Below, in pieces: positions 48,646 through 62,875 of a stretch of DNA of 64,000 nt; position 1 is the first letter of the stretch, and each line of letters begins with the position of its first letter. The notes beneath the pieces are model-generated. The model made no database searches, had not been told where the DNA came from, and worked only from the letters and a program-made list of their open reading frames with translations. The stretch spans positions 17,236,001 through 17,300,000 of the forward strand of contig OX597830.1 of assembly GCA_951406725.2 (NCBI GenBank), given 5' to 3'. Origin of the DNA: Octopus vulgaris (taxonomy: Eukaryota). The position numbers and the translations under genes are program-made.

Positions 48646-48747
48646 TGTGTGCATATTTGTATGTGTATATATACATGTATATATATATATATAGATATGT
48701 GAGCATATTTGTATATGTGTATATATGTGTTTGTATCTATTTGTATT

Positions 48748-48780
<33 letters not shown>

Positions 48781-49011
48781 TTCTTTACTACCCACAAGGG
48801 GCTAAACATAGAAGGGACAAACAAGGACAGACAAAGGGATTAAGTCGATTACATCGACCCCAGTGCATAACTGGTACTTAATTTATCGACCCCGAAAGGA
48901 TGAAAGGCAAAGTCGACCTCGGCGGAATTTGAACTCGGAACGTAACGACAGACGAAATACTGCTACGAATTTCGCCCAGCGTGCTAACGTTTCTACCAGC
49001 TCGCCGCCTTG

Positions 49012-49042
<31 letters not shown>

Positions 49043-49796
49043 ATGTAGGTATGTCTGTCTGAAGCTATTAGCGACGGAAGTAGCCTTTGTAGTGAATACT
49101 AATTTTCACATCCAACCTGGATGTGTTGTTTCGAACGCCATAGACTGCGGTACGCGTTCTAAGTAGTTAATTTTTCCGCGAGAGGAAAAAAAAAACACAT
49201 ATTGTATCGGTAGACAAAATTTCATCTGTACCGGTGGATGGGAGTGTCGTGTCACGTGATTTCAGCAAAATTTGCACTTCATTATCAACAGACACCCTTA
49301 TAACTGAATACCAAACCTAAAGTCCTGCTGCTGAAGAAGCGCAAATTATGCTGAAATCACCGCCGCTGACGAAATTTTGTCTGTTGACATACTTTGTCCT
49401 TTTTTAGTACTTCTTTACGAGATGATTTCTCAGGATGTACTTTGTGTGTGTTTGTGTGCATATATATACAGGTCTGTATGCACGCGCGGGAGTTTGTGTT
49501 TCCACGAGGTAGTTGTAAACGAATGCCGTTCGTTTCCAATATTCTGCGAAAGCGTCTGGCTAATGGAGGGAGACGGCGGTGGAATATTACTTCGTTTGGA
49601 AACGGGTAAGTATTGGCGACAGGAAGAGCATCCGGTTATGGAAAAATCGTGTCTCAGTAAACTTCATCCGACCCATACATGCATGGAAGAGTGGACATTG
49701 AAGCAACGGCGATGATCTTTTATGTAATATCTCCATACAGCAGTGAATGAAGGCAGTGCAGGCAATGGGAAACAGAACTAGATGCTTTAGAGTACA

Positions 49797-50101
49797 TCTT
49801 TATATATAAAACTGAAGTTGTGTGAGAGTCTGTCTCCTCCGATTTAGATTCCTAACTACTCCCACATTTTGCGGTGCAGTTTAACCCAAAGCGGGTATCT
49901 TATAGTCGTGATTCATATCGAGCCCTTCTGGGTATTAGCGCGCGTCTACGATGTGTCTACGATTTAAAAACAAATTTACCGTCATTTTTTTCGTTTTTTA
50001 ATGCATTTTTTGCTCAGTTTATATAAGGGAAGTAACTCTCTAAAAATGCTTATATAGTTATTTCCCTTACAAACCCGAGCAACGCCGGGCGATACTGCTA
50101 G
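49797..50101 (+). mobile_element. Non-autonomous Helitron (same family as 11608-11990)
   Basis: A|TCtttatatataaaa ... cccgagcaacgccgggcgatactgCTAG|T. Confidence 0.78.
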
Positions 50102-50761
50102 TTATTATTATTATTATTGTTATAATTAGGCGACGAGCTGGCAGAATCATTTACGCGCAGAACAAAATGCTTAGCAGCATTTCGCGCGGCCTTGCGTTCT
50201 GATTTCGAATACAGCCGATACCAACTTTGCATTTCGTCCTTTCAGGGTCGATAGAGTAAGTACCAGTTAAGTACTACGCATCGATGTAATCGAACCCTTT
50301 CTACTGTAGGCTTTTTGCCCGACGTTTCTAAAGATTCTGCCAGCTCACTGCAATCTATATTATAATGCACTTTTACTCTTTTACGTGTTTCAGTCATTTG
50401 ACTGCGGCCATGCTGGAGCACCGCCTTTTAGTCGAGCAAACCGACCCCAGGACTTATTCTTTGTAAGCCTAGTACTTACTCTATCAGTCTCTTTTGCCGA
50501 ACCGCTAAGTTACGGGGACGTAAACATGCCAGCATCGGTTGTCAAGCGATGTTGGGGAGACAAACACAGACACACAAACATATACACACACATATATATA
50601 TACGACGGGCTTCTTTCAGTTTCCGTCTACCAAATCCACTCAAGGCTTTGGTCAGCCCGAGACTATAGTAGAAGACACTTGCCCAAGGTGCCATGCAGTG
50701 GGACTGAACCCGGAACTATGTGGTTGGTAAGCAAGCTACTTACCACACAGCCACTCCTGCT

Positions 50762-50792
<31 letters not shown>

Positions 50793-51117
50793 TTGGTTCG
50801 AAATTTTGGCACAAGGCCAGAAATTTAGGGGTTGTAGGTTTAAGTCGATTTGATCGACCCTGATGCTCAGCTGATACTTATTCTATTGAGCCATAAAGGA
50901 TGAAAAACGAAGTCGATCTCGGCGGAATTTCAACTCAGAACGTAAAGATGGATGAAATGCCGCTAACGATTTTGTCTAGTGTGCTAACGTTTCGTTCCGG
51001 GAAAAAATGGCTTAATTATTCAAAAAGAAAAAGAGTAACACGATTAGATAGAGGGAAAAACGGGCTCTAAAATGATATATAAAATCTAAATAATTTAACG
51101 AAAATTAATTTGAAAAT

Positions 51118-51563
51118 TACAGAGATGTACTTGCATAGCAAGTGACCTGATCTGAGATCGTGTGCTGGAACGAAAACAATTGCAGCGGGGAAGGTGTTTA
51201 TAAGCCATTTAAGAAACACACAAAAACCGTTAGATTTACTTCAACATTTAAATTTAATTTGTCAAAATATTTTCGTCGCTTTGAGACCGCGACCTGTTCA
51301 CTGACAAAATTCTGTGCTGCATTCGTCGCTTTGAGACCGCGACCTGTTCACTGACAAAATTCTGTGCTGCATTCGTCGCTTTGAGACCGCGACCTGTTCA
51401 CTGACAAAATTCTGTGATGCAGCACACAATTTTGTCAATGAATAGGTCGCGGTCTCAAAGCGACGAAAATATTTTGACAAATTAAATTTAAATGTTGAAG
51501 TAAATCTAACGGTTTCTGTGTGTTTCTTAAATGGCTTACAAACACCTTCCACGCTGCAATTGT
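51118..51563. mobile_element. Fold-back (Penelope pLTR-like) element with 3 x 50-bp tandem unit and variant hammerheads
   Basis: Arms of about 145 bp (about 51174-51321 and 51418-51565) are inverted. The 50-bp unit repeats at 51272, 51322 and 51372. Flanked by duplicated ttaatttgaaaat. Confidence 0.7.
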
Positions 51564-53217
51564 TTAATTTGAAAATACATAATTTAAAACTAAAATTAAA
51601 AATTCCGCAAGAACTTTCTTGATAACCTACCTTATTTGATCAACACCAAAAAGAATGAAAGGTAAAATCGTCGTCGCGTCAACAACAACAAGAAGGCGGC
51701 GAGCTGGCGGAATCGTTAACGGGCTGGGCGAAATGTTCAGCGTTATTTTATCTGCCGCTACCTTCTGAGTTCAAATTCCGCCGAGGTCGACTCTGCCTTT
51801 CATCCTTTCGGGGTCGATAATTTAAGCACCAGTTGAGTTCTGGAGTCGATGTGATCGACTGTACCCTTCCCCAGAAAATCCAGGCCTTGTGCCTATAGTA
51901 GAAAGGAGTATTATTATTGAGTGAGAGAGCAGTGCATGCCATCAAAGTGACACTGGGGTAAAATATATGAAGCCCAGTATACCCATCATGACTACCCGTC
52001 TAATAAGGGTACACCAGGCACATGCATCACAACCATATGTGCGCGACATGATGATCTCATATCAAGATAAACAGCGTATGACCTTGCAGGTGGAACCCAG
52101 TTAGAATTTTCTTCTGGTCGAGTAAACCATCCCGCTCAAAAGGTCCCTGAATAAGGGTTGTTTAAGGATGTTGAATAACTTTAAATGCATTAAATGTAAT
52201 AGCTTCAACTGGATTATTGATCTAGTTCACTTAAATAAAAAGAAAGAACGGCAATAACAACAACCAAAAGGTCACGAAAGACGGTTGTATTTTAGGATTA
52301 ACTGCAGCAGCATCAGAAGTGGAGGCGCAATGACCCAGTGGTTAGGGCAGCAGACTCACGGTCGGAGGATCGCGGTTTCGATTCCCAGACCGGACGTTGT
52401 GTGTGTTTATTGAGCAAAAACACCTAAAGCTCCACGAGGCTCCGGCAGGGGGTGGTGGCGACCCCCGTTGTACTCTTCGATGCTCTCGGGGGTTGACCTG
52501 CTTTCACTTCTGCGGGTCTTACGAATAGCAAAGTTTCGGACTTCTCCCACTACAGAGGCGCGATCTTGCTTCGCTCAACAAACAAACAAAATTTTCAAGT
52601 TAGTACCGCAGCCTAATGATTGAAACAATAAATAAAGAAGAAAAAAAGATGAGAGCTAACAGCTTCTTCATTAATGGGAAGAAGAAGTGCTTGGACCGCA
52701 AGGGAAATTGTGTTGAAGTATAAACCTCATTTGGTTACATTCTATGAAAGTATCTTGGCCACCCTATGAACTTTTCAGCCGATCCTCGTAACGGAGATTC
52801 AAAATGGACAGAAATAGACAACAGCTGCAGCACAAGACAAACATTTGACACTGCTACTTGTAATAAACCTTACAGTTGTTGACTGTATCCACTTCAGTAG
52901 AATTTAGTCTGTGTCTACTAATTCAGTTAGTGTCTACTTCAGTAAAATTTATTGTTTGGTTTTTATATAAAGCAAGACTGAATGGCGAATACATGTTTAC
53001 ATTTGAAGAAAATGAAACAGCTCGAAGATATTTTTTGTCGTTTACTTGTTTGTCATAAGGCTTCCGTCCACGCTGGAGCACCGCTTTGAAGGGTCGGGTC
53101 GAACAGCTCAATCCTAGTATTTATTCTTTGTAATTCGGGGACTTCTTTCTCCCGGTGTTCTTTGCCGAAGGTACGCTAAGGTGTACGGCAACCAGCACCG
53201 GTTGCCAGGCAGTGGTG

Positions 53218-53430
<213 letters not shown>

Positions 53431-53548
53431 ACTGTGCGACGGTCTCCCAGATAGTTGCCGTCTAGCAAATCCTCTGACAAGGCATTAGTCAGCCCCGGGG
53501 ATAGAGTTGAAGCCACGATGTCGCGCAGCGGGTTATAAAAAGTATTCA

Positions 53549-53945
53549 TAGGCGCAGGAGTGGCTGTGTGGTAAGTAGCTTGCTTACGAACCACATGGTT
53601 CCGGGTTCAGTCCCACTGCGTGGCACCTTGGGCAAGTGTCGTCTACTATAGCCTCAGGCCAACCAAAGCCTTGTGAGTGGATTTGGTAGACAGAAACTGA
53701 AAGAAGCCCATCGTATATATGTATATATATATATGTATGTTTGTGTGTTGTGTTTGCCCCCCTCCCCAACATCGCTTGACAACCGATGCTGGTGTGTTTA
53801 CGTCCCCGTAACTTAGCGGTTCGGCAAAAGAGACCGATAGAATAAGTACTAGGCTTACAATAAATAAGACCTGGAGTCGATTTGCTCGACTAAAGGCGGT
53901 GCACCAGCATGGCCGCAGTCAAACGACTGAAACAAGTAAAAGAAT

Positions 53946-53950
<5 letters not shown>
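53549..53950 (+). mobile_element. SINE family A, near full-length copy
   Basis: Complete head-to-tail match to the other family A copies, followed by (GA)n. Confidence 0.85.
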
Positions 53951-53982
<32 letters not shown>

Positions 53983-56349
53983 GTAAATCAAATACAAAAA
54001 TGAAGTATATTTGATTACGTGGAGCACAAAAAGGACAGATTGGGACTTACTTTATTAAACTCCAGAAAAGAAAAGGCAGAGTTTGAACTCTGAAGCTAAT
54101 AGTTTAAATAAATACCTATTTCTTTACTACCCACAAGGGGCTAAACATAGAGAGGGCAAACAAGGACAGACAAACGGATTAAGTCGATTATATCGACCCA
54201 GTGCGTAACTGGTACTTATTTAATCGACCCCGAAAGGATGAAAGGCAAAGTCAACCTCGGCGGAAGTTGAACTCAGAACGTAGCGGCAGACGAAATACCT
54301 ATTTCTTTACTACCCACAAGGGGCTAAACACAGAGGGGACAAACAAGGACAGACAAACGGATTAAGTTGATTATATCGACCCCAGTGCGTAACTGGTACT
54401 TAATTTATCGACCCCGAAAGGATGAAAGGCAAAGTCGACCTTGGCGGAATTTGAACTCAGAACGTAGCGACATATTGATTCTTCCAGAAGAATACGAAAC
54501 AAAAATCCTACCCCACCCCCAAAAAGCAGGTAGTTGGAAAATTTCCTCCCGGAGTACACTGACTATAATTATTCTTTCTAATTTGGGAACAAGGTCAGTA
54601 ATTTCAGGAGAGTGGATTAGTCGATTCCATTGACCCTATTACTTGACTGCTACTTCATTTTCTCGTCTCCCGAAAGAAAAAAAAAATGCAAAGCTGTCCT
54701 CTGCAGATTTTTGAACTGAGAAGGTAAAAAGTCGGGAGAAATGCCTCGTAGCATTTTGTCCGACATGCTAACGAGCCAGCCAGCTTACCGCCTTTTTCAG
54801 CAAATGTAATTATTAAAGTTAATACATTCTGATCGTAAAAGAATTCATAACTAATTAACTAATTAAATTAACTCCTTAGAATAATGGTCTGGTTAGGATA
54901 TTCTTATGTTCTGTTTTTTTTTTTTTTTTTTTTTTTTTACAGGGATGTAGGAGCAGAGGGTGTAGGGGCACAAGCGAACCCCCTAAAACTTTACAAATTT
55001 TTTACAAACCTTGTAAAAGAATTTTGGACCTTGGTTGGCACCCACTCAGTAAATTTCGTTCTGGTATATATGTTCGTTTTTTAAAGAATATTCCTGTCAT
55101 TGGATTGAGTTTAAATGCCGCCGGAGTCGACTTTGCCTTTCATCTTTCAGGGCTGATAAAAATACCAGTTAAGCACGGGTCGATGGGATCGACTTACCCA
55201 CTCCTATGAAATTGCTGGCCTTGTGCCAAAATTTGAAACCAATGTTTCTCTCATTGGGCTGCAGTCTTAGAGACTATTCACAACGGTAAATTCCAACGCA
55301 TCAATTTCAGCATTTGTTTGTACTTACTTAAATCGTACTCGGAAATTTAAAACACAAAGTCGACCTCAGCAGGATTTGAACTCGCAACATAAAAAGAATA
55401 GAACTAAATACCACAGGGTATTTCATCCGTTACCCTTTATTTTGCGATCCCTCACCCTCGTGGAGTGATATTTCCTTTCTATCACAAGTACAAAGTCTGA
55501 AATTTTTTGGGGGCAGGGACTAGTCGATCACATCGACCCAAGTACTCAACTGGTATCCCATCGACTTCGAAAGGATGGAAGGCAACCTGGGTAGGATTTG
55601 AATTCAGAACATAAAGCATTATGTCCAGCGTGCTAACAATTCTGAAAGTTCACTGCCTACTATAGGTACAAAGACTGAAATTGTGGAGGAGAGAGGGAGT
55701 TGATTACATCTATCCCCCAGTGCTCAGCTGGTATTTATTCCGTCGACTTCGAAAGAATGAAAGACGAAATCGCCGTTAGCAGAATTTGAACTCAGAACTA
55801 AGGAAAGACGAAATACCGGTATACGTACATTCTATCCAACGTGCTAACGATTCTTATTTCTTTATTGCTCACAAGGGGCTAAACACAGAGGGGACAAACA
55901 AGGACAGACAAAGGGATTAAGTCGATTACATCGACCCCAGTGCATAACTGGTACTCAATTTATCGACCCCGAAAGGATGAAAGGCAAAGTCGACCTCGGC
56001 GGAATTTGAACTCAGAACGAAATATAGCTAAGCATTTCGCGCGGCGTGCTAACGTTTCTAACAGCTCACCACCTGCCGTAACAGAAGTAAGTAATAATAA
56101 TAATTATAATCTCCCACAAGATACTATCAATTCAATATGCTCACGATCCAATAGAACAGCTCGAATAGAACACACAACACATACCTTATACATCAATTAC
56201 CTAATAATCTAAAACAACACAACTCATTCAACATATACTATACAAGATTAAGGCCCAATAAAATAACGCAACCTACGTTACGCACACGACGCAAAGGTGC
56301 ATCTATTGGTGCAATTGAAACTTGCATGAAACTACCAAAGAAAAACATT

Positions 56350-56396
<47 letters not shown>

Positions 56397-56621
56397 CCTT
56401 TCTACTAAAGGCACAAGGCCTGAAAATTTTGGGGAGGGGACTAGTTAATTACATAGATCCTAGTACACGACTGGTACTTAATTCATCGACCCCGAAAAGA
56501 TGAAAGGCAAAGTCGAACGCGGCGGAATTTGAACACAGGGCGTAGACACGGACGAAATGCCGCCAAGCATTTTACCAGGCGTGCTAACGATCCTGTCAGC
56601 TCGCTCGCCGCCTTTTTCGTA

Positions 56622-56827
56622 ATAATAATCGTAACAACAACAACAACAACAATAATAATAATAATAACAACAATAACAATAACAACAATAATAATAATAA
56701 TAATAATGATAATAATAATAATAACAACAGCAACAACAACAACAATAACAATAATAATAACAACAACAATAATAATAATGATAACAACAACAACAACAAC
56801 AACAACAATAATAATAATAATAATAAT
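56622..56827. repeat. (AAT/AAC)n microsatellite
   Basis: Direct reading. Confidence 0.9.
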
Positions 56828-57104
56828 CCTTTCCGCTAAAGGCACAAGGGCCTTAAATTTCGGGGAAGGGGACTAGTGGATTACATCGACTCCAGTGCAT
56901 AATTGGTACGTATTTCATAGACCCTGAAAGGATGAAAGACGAAGTCGACCTCGGTGGAACTTGAACTCAAAACGTAAAGTCGGACGAAATGCCGCTAAGC
57001 ATTTTGCTCGGCATGCTTAACAATTCTGCCAGCTCGCCGCCTTATTTCATAATAATAATAATAATAATAACAATAACGACGACGACGACGGCGACGACGA
57101 TGAG

Positions 57105-57330
57105 GAGCAATTAAACGACCAATTCTTGATCGAAATATTTTGCTCATGTCTCATTATGGGGAAGAAACAGTAAATCATATTGTCTCTGGTCGCCCAGTCT
57201 TAGCTAAGATGGAATATATCCACAGACAATGACAGAGTTGGGACCCGTATACACTGGAAGCTATGCCAGCACTATGGAATGACAACAGAAAAAAGATGGT
57301 ATTGGCACACCCCAGAAAGGGTCTCAGAAA
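57105..57330 (+). mobile_element. Small R4/Dong-type fragment
   Basis: ETVNHIVSG.PVLAKMEY and IHWKLCQHYG...WYWHTPERVSE, next to (AAT)n. Confidence 0.6.
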
Positions 57331-57784
57331 AGGGCAAAAGATTTTGCCCAATTTTTCGCAAAATAAGTTTTGTTAGTAATTTTTCCCGTTTTAAATTATT
57401 TACATGTCTGTTCGACCGCTCGACAAGACTTTATTTATTAGAACTTATTGAGACATCAAAACTTCTTACAACTTTCGACATTGTAATGTTTTGCTTCCAT
57501 TTTGCTCAGTAAATATTCGCCGTTGTAATATCTATGCTTTCATTACGCAGAAAATGCTAGCTTCCAAATACTGTTTTCTGATTGGGTAAAAGTCATCAAA
57601 CTTTAAACCTCTGTAACAGTTTTCTACAGTTTTTCTGGAACAAATAAATAACCAAGTCGGACTCAGCATGAAAAATTACACCAATATACCAAATTTGAAA
57701 AATCTCATTTAATTTTAATATTTCAAAACCCGTAACAGCAACAGAAAAGATCCGAGAGAGGTAAAGAGGCAAAGAGTTATTAGA

Positions 57785-57868
<84 letters not shown>

Positions 57869-57932
57869 AATCATGAGTTTATGATGTCTTCTAAAGACAC
57901 TTAATGTTGGCGATCTGGAAGCAATGTTTTTA

Positions 57933-58714
57933 TCTCTATATTATAATTCTGAAATGCGAAAAGTTTGTTTGTTTGTCTGGTTTTAGCATTGAGAACGGGT
58001 TAAAGGCCACTAGATCCCGTCGGATTGACTCCAAAATTTACAGGGACATGTAAAATGAGGTGAGGATGCGAGTGGGCTAGGTTAAAAATCCCCATCTTAA
58101 AAGGTGTCGTTGCTAGGGCCAAAAACGCACTTTGACAAGTCTACTCTCATTCTTTTATGTATCTGTCTTCCTCCATCACTCACTCTCTTTCCTCCCTTCC
58201 CATCACTTCTATCTATAACGTCGTTTCACAGCGTCTGCCTCCCTTACCTTCACTTTCTCTCTATAACGTCGTTTCATAGCGTTCTATATCTCCCCCCTCC
58301 CCGCCTTCGACAGCGCTTTCACACACACTCTCTCTTTCTACGTCTGTCTGCATTCATAGAGAGAATTTTCATCGCCACAACAACCACACAATCATGAGAA
58401 CAAATATTATGAATCAGATATTTATTGGGTTAATTTATATATGTGTGTGTGTGTTCTATATATAAATATGTATATATAATGTATATATACAAAGTGTATA
58501 CATCTGTATTTATGTATATTAAACTTTTTAATACCTTTTGATAGTTATATATATTTAAAAAAATATAAATATAAATTAATAATTTTAATTTTAAATTTAA
58601 ATAATTTAAATTTTTCAATTTTATATTTTATATATTTTGTATATTATATTTTTATTTTTGTTTTGGTTTATGTTTTTCACTGTTTGCTTTGCCTATTAGT
58701 GGTTTTATCTCTAA

Positions 58715-58785
<71 letters not shown>

Positions 58786-58812
58786 GTATACATTTGTATA
58801 TATAATGCGTGC

Positions 58813-58885
<73 letters not shown>

Positions 58886-60069
58886 ATGTGTGCATTATGT
58901 GGTCGGTTGAGCTGAAAATATGCACACCTATGTTAAAAGTGCTGGCGAGTTTGCATGACAACTATTTCCCCCCTCAAATGAAAGGCGTGACCTCTAGGAC
59001 AACATTCCTAATCTTATAAAATGTGGCCCCAGTAGACCCGAATGAAATCGGGTTATATTAACCAAAATGTGAAAAGGGGTCTAAATGGGGCTGAAAGGGG
59101 ATTAAAATTTACAGGAGCGGGTGTTTAAGAATTCTCTGTTACATCAAGCTAAAAAATTTGCACCAGCCTTTTAATCGTCAATGTGTTGCCGTCCATGATG
59201 AAGAAGTTTTGAATGCTTGCCATGGTGAGTCTACTGTCATGAGAAAGAATCACTTCAAAACTTGGTGTTTAGGAATTTTCTTTTACATCAAGTTCAAAAT
59301 TTTACGCCAGCCGTTAAACTGTCAATACGTTGCTGTCCGTCGTTAAGAAATGCCAGCCATGGTGACTCTACTATCCTCAGATTCTATCCCTTCAAACTTT
59401 GGTTTCCAATATTTTATTATTTTTATTCAGCTCGCAAGTTCGCCTGTCCATTTTAAATGTTAGTGTTTTGCTGTCTGCCTTGAAGCAGACCTTTCCGTTG
59501 TCACTGCCTGATATTTATGATTGATCTTTCAAAATATTTACTTTCTCAATTTACTCAAGATCTTTTGTTGTTTATAAATGGGAGAGAGATAGATAAAGAT
59601 AGAGAGTAAGAGAAAGCGAGGGAGAGTCCGAGAGAAAAGAAAAGTAAGAGAGTGGGAAAGTGAGAGAGAAAGGAGAGAGAAACAAAGAGGGAGAATCATC
59701 ATCATCATCGTTTACGTCCGTTTTCCGTGCTAGCATGGGTTGGACAGTTTGACCGGGGTCTGGGAAGCCAGGAAGCTGCACCAGGCTCCAGTCTGATCTG
59801 GCAGTGTTTCTACAGCTGGATGCCCTTCCTAACGCCAACCACTCTGTGAGTGTAGTGGGTGCTTTTTTCGTACCGCCGGCACAGGTACCAGGGGGGCTGG
59901 CAGCGGCCACGATCGGTTGGTGCTTTTTACGTGCCACCGGCACAGAAGCCAGTCAAGGCGGCGCTTCCATCGGCCACGTTCGGATGGTGCTTTTTACGTG
60001 CTGAAAGGAAGCAACAGAAAGTAACAACCACACTCTTACCCGCGCGTAGAGCGGGTCACCTTAAGCTAG
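57933..60069 (+). mobile_element. Longer non-autonomous Helitron with nested microsatellites and SINE C
   Basis: 5' A|TCtctatattataa...gtttgtttgtttgtc; 3' hairpin acccgc-gcgtaga-gcgggt then CTAG|T. Confidence 0.6.
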
Positions 60070-60143
<74 letters not shown>

Positions 60144-60572
60144 TCTTTTACTCTTTTACTTGTTTCAGTCAACTCGACGCCAGGACTTATTCCTTGTAAG
60201 CCTAGTACTTATTCTATCGGTCTCTTTGCCGAACCGCTAGGTTACGGAGACGTAAACACACCAGCATCGCTTGTCAAGCGATGTTGGGGAGACAAACACA
60301 AACACATAAACACACACATGCATATATACATATATACATATATGCGACAGGCTTTTTTCAGTTTCCGTCTACCAAATCCACTCACAAGGCCTTGGTCGGC
60401 CCGAGGCTATAGTAGAAGACACTTGCCCAAGGTGTCACGCAGTAGGGATGAACCCGGAATCATGTGGTTGGTAAGCAAGCTACTTACCACAAAGCCGCTC
60501 CTGCACCTATATATATATATATATATATATATACAACCAACAGAATTTTTTTTGCTACCTTATATTTATTAA

Positions 60573-60644
<72 letters not shown>

Positions 60645-60920
60645 CACACACACACACACATATTATATATATCGTGCTATCATTATTGTTTTTACGTATT
60701 TTTGTATTTTTCGAGGCTTTCTTCCAAGGAATCTAATGCGCTTGGCTTAGATTTACCTTGGGGGCTGCCCAGATCGGAGCAATCTCAAGATTAATCTGCC
60801 GAAATTGCGAAGATGATCCGGTTCTGGACTGATGATTGAGGGCTTCGAATGTCCCGTCCGTGTTTTTTGTGTCGTCTTCTAAATGTTTCACGTTCTTGTC
60901 CCAGTTTGTATTTTTTTTAC

Positions 60921-61015
<95 letters not shown>

Positions 61016-61567
61016 TATATATGTAAATATTGGTTTCAAATCTTGCTACAAGACCAGCAGTTCGGGGTTGGGAGGGGAGGGTATAAGTCGATTACATTGA
61101 TCCCAGTGCTCAACTGGTTCTTATTTCATCGACCCTGAAAAGAAGAAAGGCAAATTTGGCCTTGACGAAATTTGAACTCAGAGCGTAAATACCAATAAGT
61201 ATTTTGCCTGGCGCGCTAACGACTCTGCCCGCTTTTTCGCTTTATATTCCATTAAAACATTTTCAATTAATTATTTGTATTTTTATTATATTCAGATACT
61301 TCAAATGAGTGCAAATGGAAATAATAGAAGTATTCAACAACGAGATCGAAGTCTTCAACGGTTGCGAGAAGATTAACTTATTTATGGCTAGAAACATCCA
61401 TCACACAGGTATAAAAAACAACAACAAAAAAATAAACAAAAACAAACAAAAAAAACGATGCAAATGTTTGAAGAAACTGGCTCAGTTTATCTTTTATAAT
61501 CTTTTATATGTCGTTTTCAGTATATGTACATCCATAGTATAGGACAGCATTGTCTCAAATAGCTTTC

Positions 61568-61992
61568 GGATCTTTTCGGTTTGAACGGCAGTTTTTCAAA
61601 ATAATTTCCACGTAACTAAACACTTTTAAACTTCGTATACTGGTAGAATGTGTTTATAAATCATCTTTTTCTCTTGGTTTTATTGAGATAATTCTATAGT
61701 TTGTAAGATATTTGTTGGTTTTATTTCTTCAATTTCTGCAATTTCAACCAATCACTGACGTCTATTGAGGTAAAAAGCATTCTGTGCCGTATGAATATGT
61801 CCCTCGTTTAAGAAACAGATTGGGTTTATTTACATTTGTGAAGAAAAAAAAGATACCCTTCCCCCACCCCTAACTCTAACCCTAACCCTAAAAGAGATTG
61901 AAATGCAATAGATCGATACTAGGGTCATAATTATGGGTGACAATTTCATATGACGCCGCAAGAAAAAACTGCCGTTCAAACCGAAAAGATCC
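61568..61992. mobile_element. Merlin-like MITE copy 3 (opposite orientation)
   Basis: Same TIRs; TSD tagctttc. Confidence 0.82.
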
Positions 61993-62875
61993 TAGCTTTC
62001 TTATTTTAAGACAGAAGAGTGTGATTTGAAGGGAATTAAGATGTTTCCACTTGGCGATTGGGCGACTGTGTTGAAGATTTCTCTTGTTGATTCAAATAAA
62101 CTTTGCTGTTTATCCCCAGAAAATCAACTGCTATTTTTAGCGTGATCATGTAGAAATCGAATAAACTTATGATGAAAGGCATTCCAGTCGTGGTCGTCCC
62201 GTAATTTTGATTATCAGGAGCTACATTATCGATTATATTCTTTGCCTAAGGAATTTATTTGGGGAGATTTGCTTGCTGTTTTCAGCAGGCCGAGTGACCA
62301 CGTACAAGCTTCCTTGCTAAATACTGAGACCAGCCGACGAGATACATTGACGTCACCTTACAAAGGGAAAAAAATATTGTTGTGATACAGCAGACAGACC
62401 AGACGATACGTTCGTCTGTCGGAAACCTTCTCTCTCTCTTTCACTCACTCTCTCACCCATTCTCTCGCCTCTCTCTCTCTCTTCCTTCAGAGAAGCGGTT
62501 TGTATAAGATGTATAACTTCTCGTTCATTAATACTTCAGAGAAGTGGTATGAATTATGAGTTACTTAAGGAGGGTGTAATATGTGGCGAGAGGGAAGGAT
62601 TTACGGTATTTCACTTACATATATAGTAACGCTTGTATTAGTTCCCTTATAATAAACATATACAACAGGCTTGCGCCGCACAAGTCCCATCTGTCAAATT
62701 TGGCTCAAAAGGTATTGGTCAACCCAAAGGTATTGTAGGAGATAATTGTCCAAAGTGCCTCGCAGTGGGATCAAAATTGAAACTATGTATTTGCGAAGTG
62801 AACTCTTTAACCATCTGTCATACTCTCTCTTTCTTGCAGTTACCTGCTTGATCTTCTTTTCATAATTTCTATTTC

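Noticed and set aside
51272-51421. Three 50-bp direct repeats resembling a CRISPR array
   Set aside because: No unique spacers, no cas genes, eukaryotic context; it is a tandem duplication inside a fold-back element.
59859-60572. 237-aa ORF
   Set aside because: Reads through SINE C, a Helitron end, (TA)n and SINE A; not a gene.
60825-60860. ctgatga...cttcgaatgtc hammerhead-like string
   Set aside because: Lacks the full GAAA and convincing stems.
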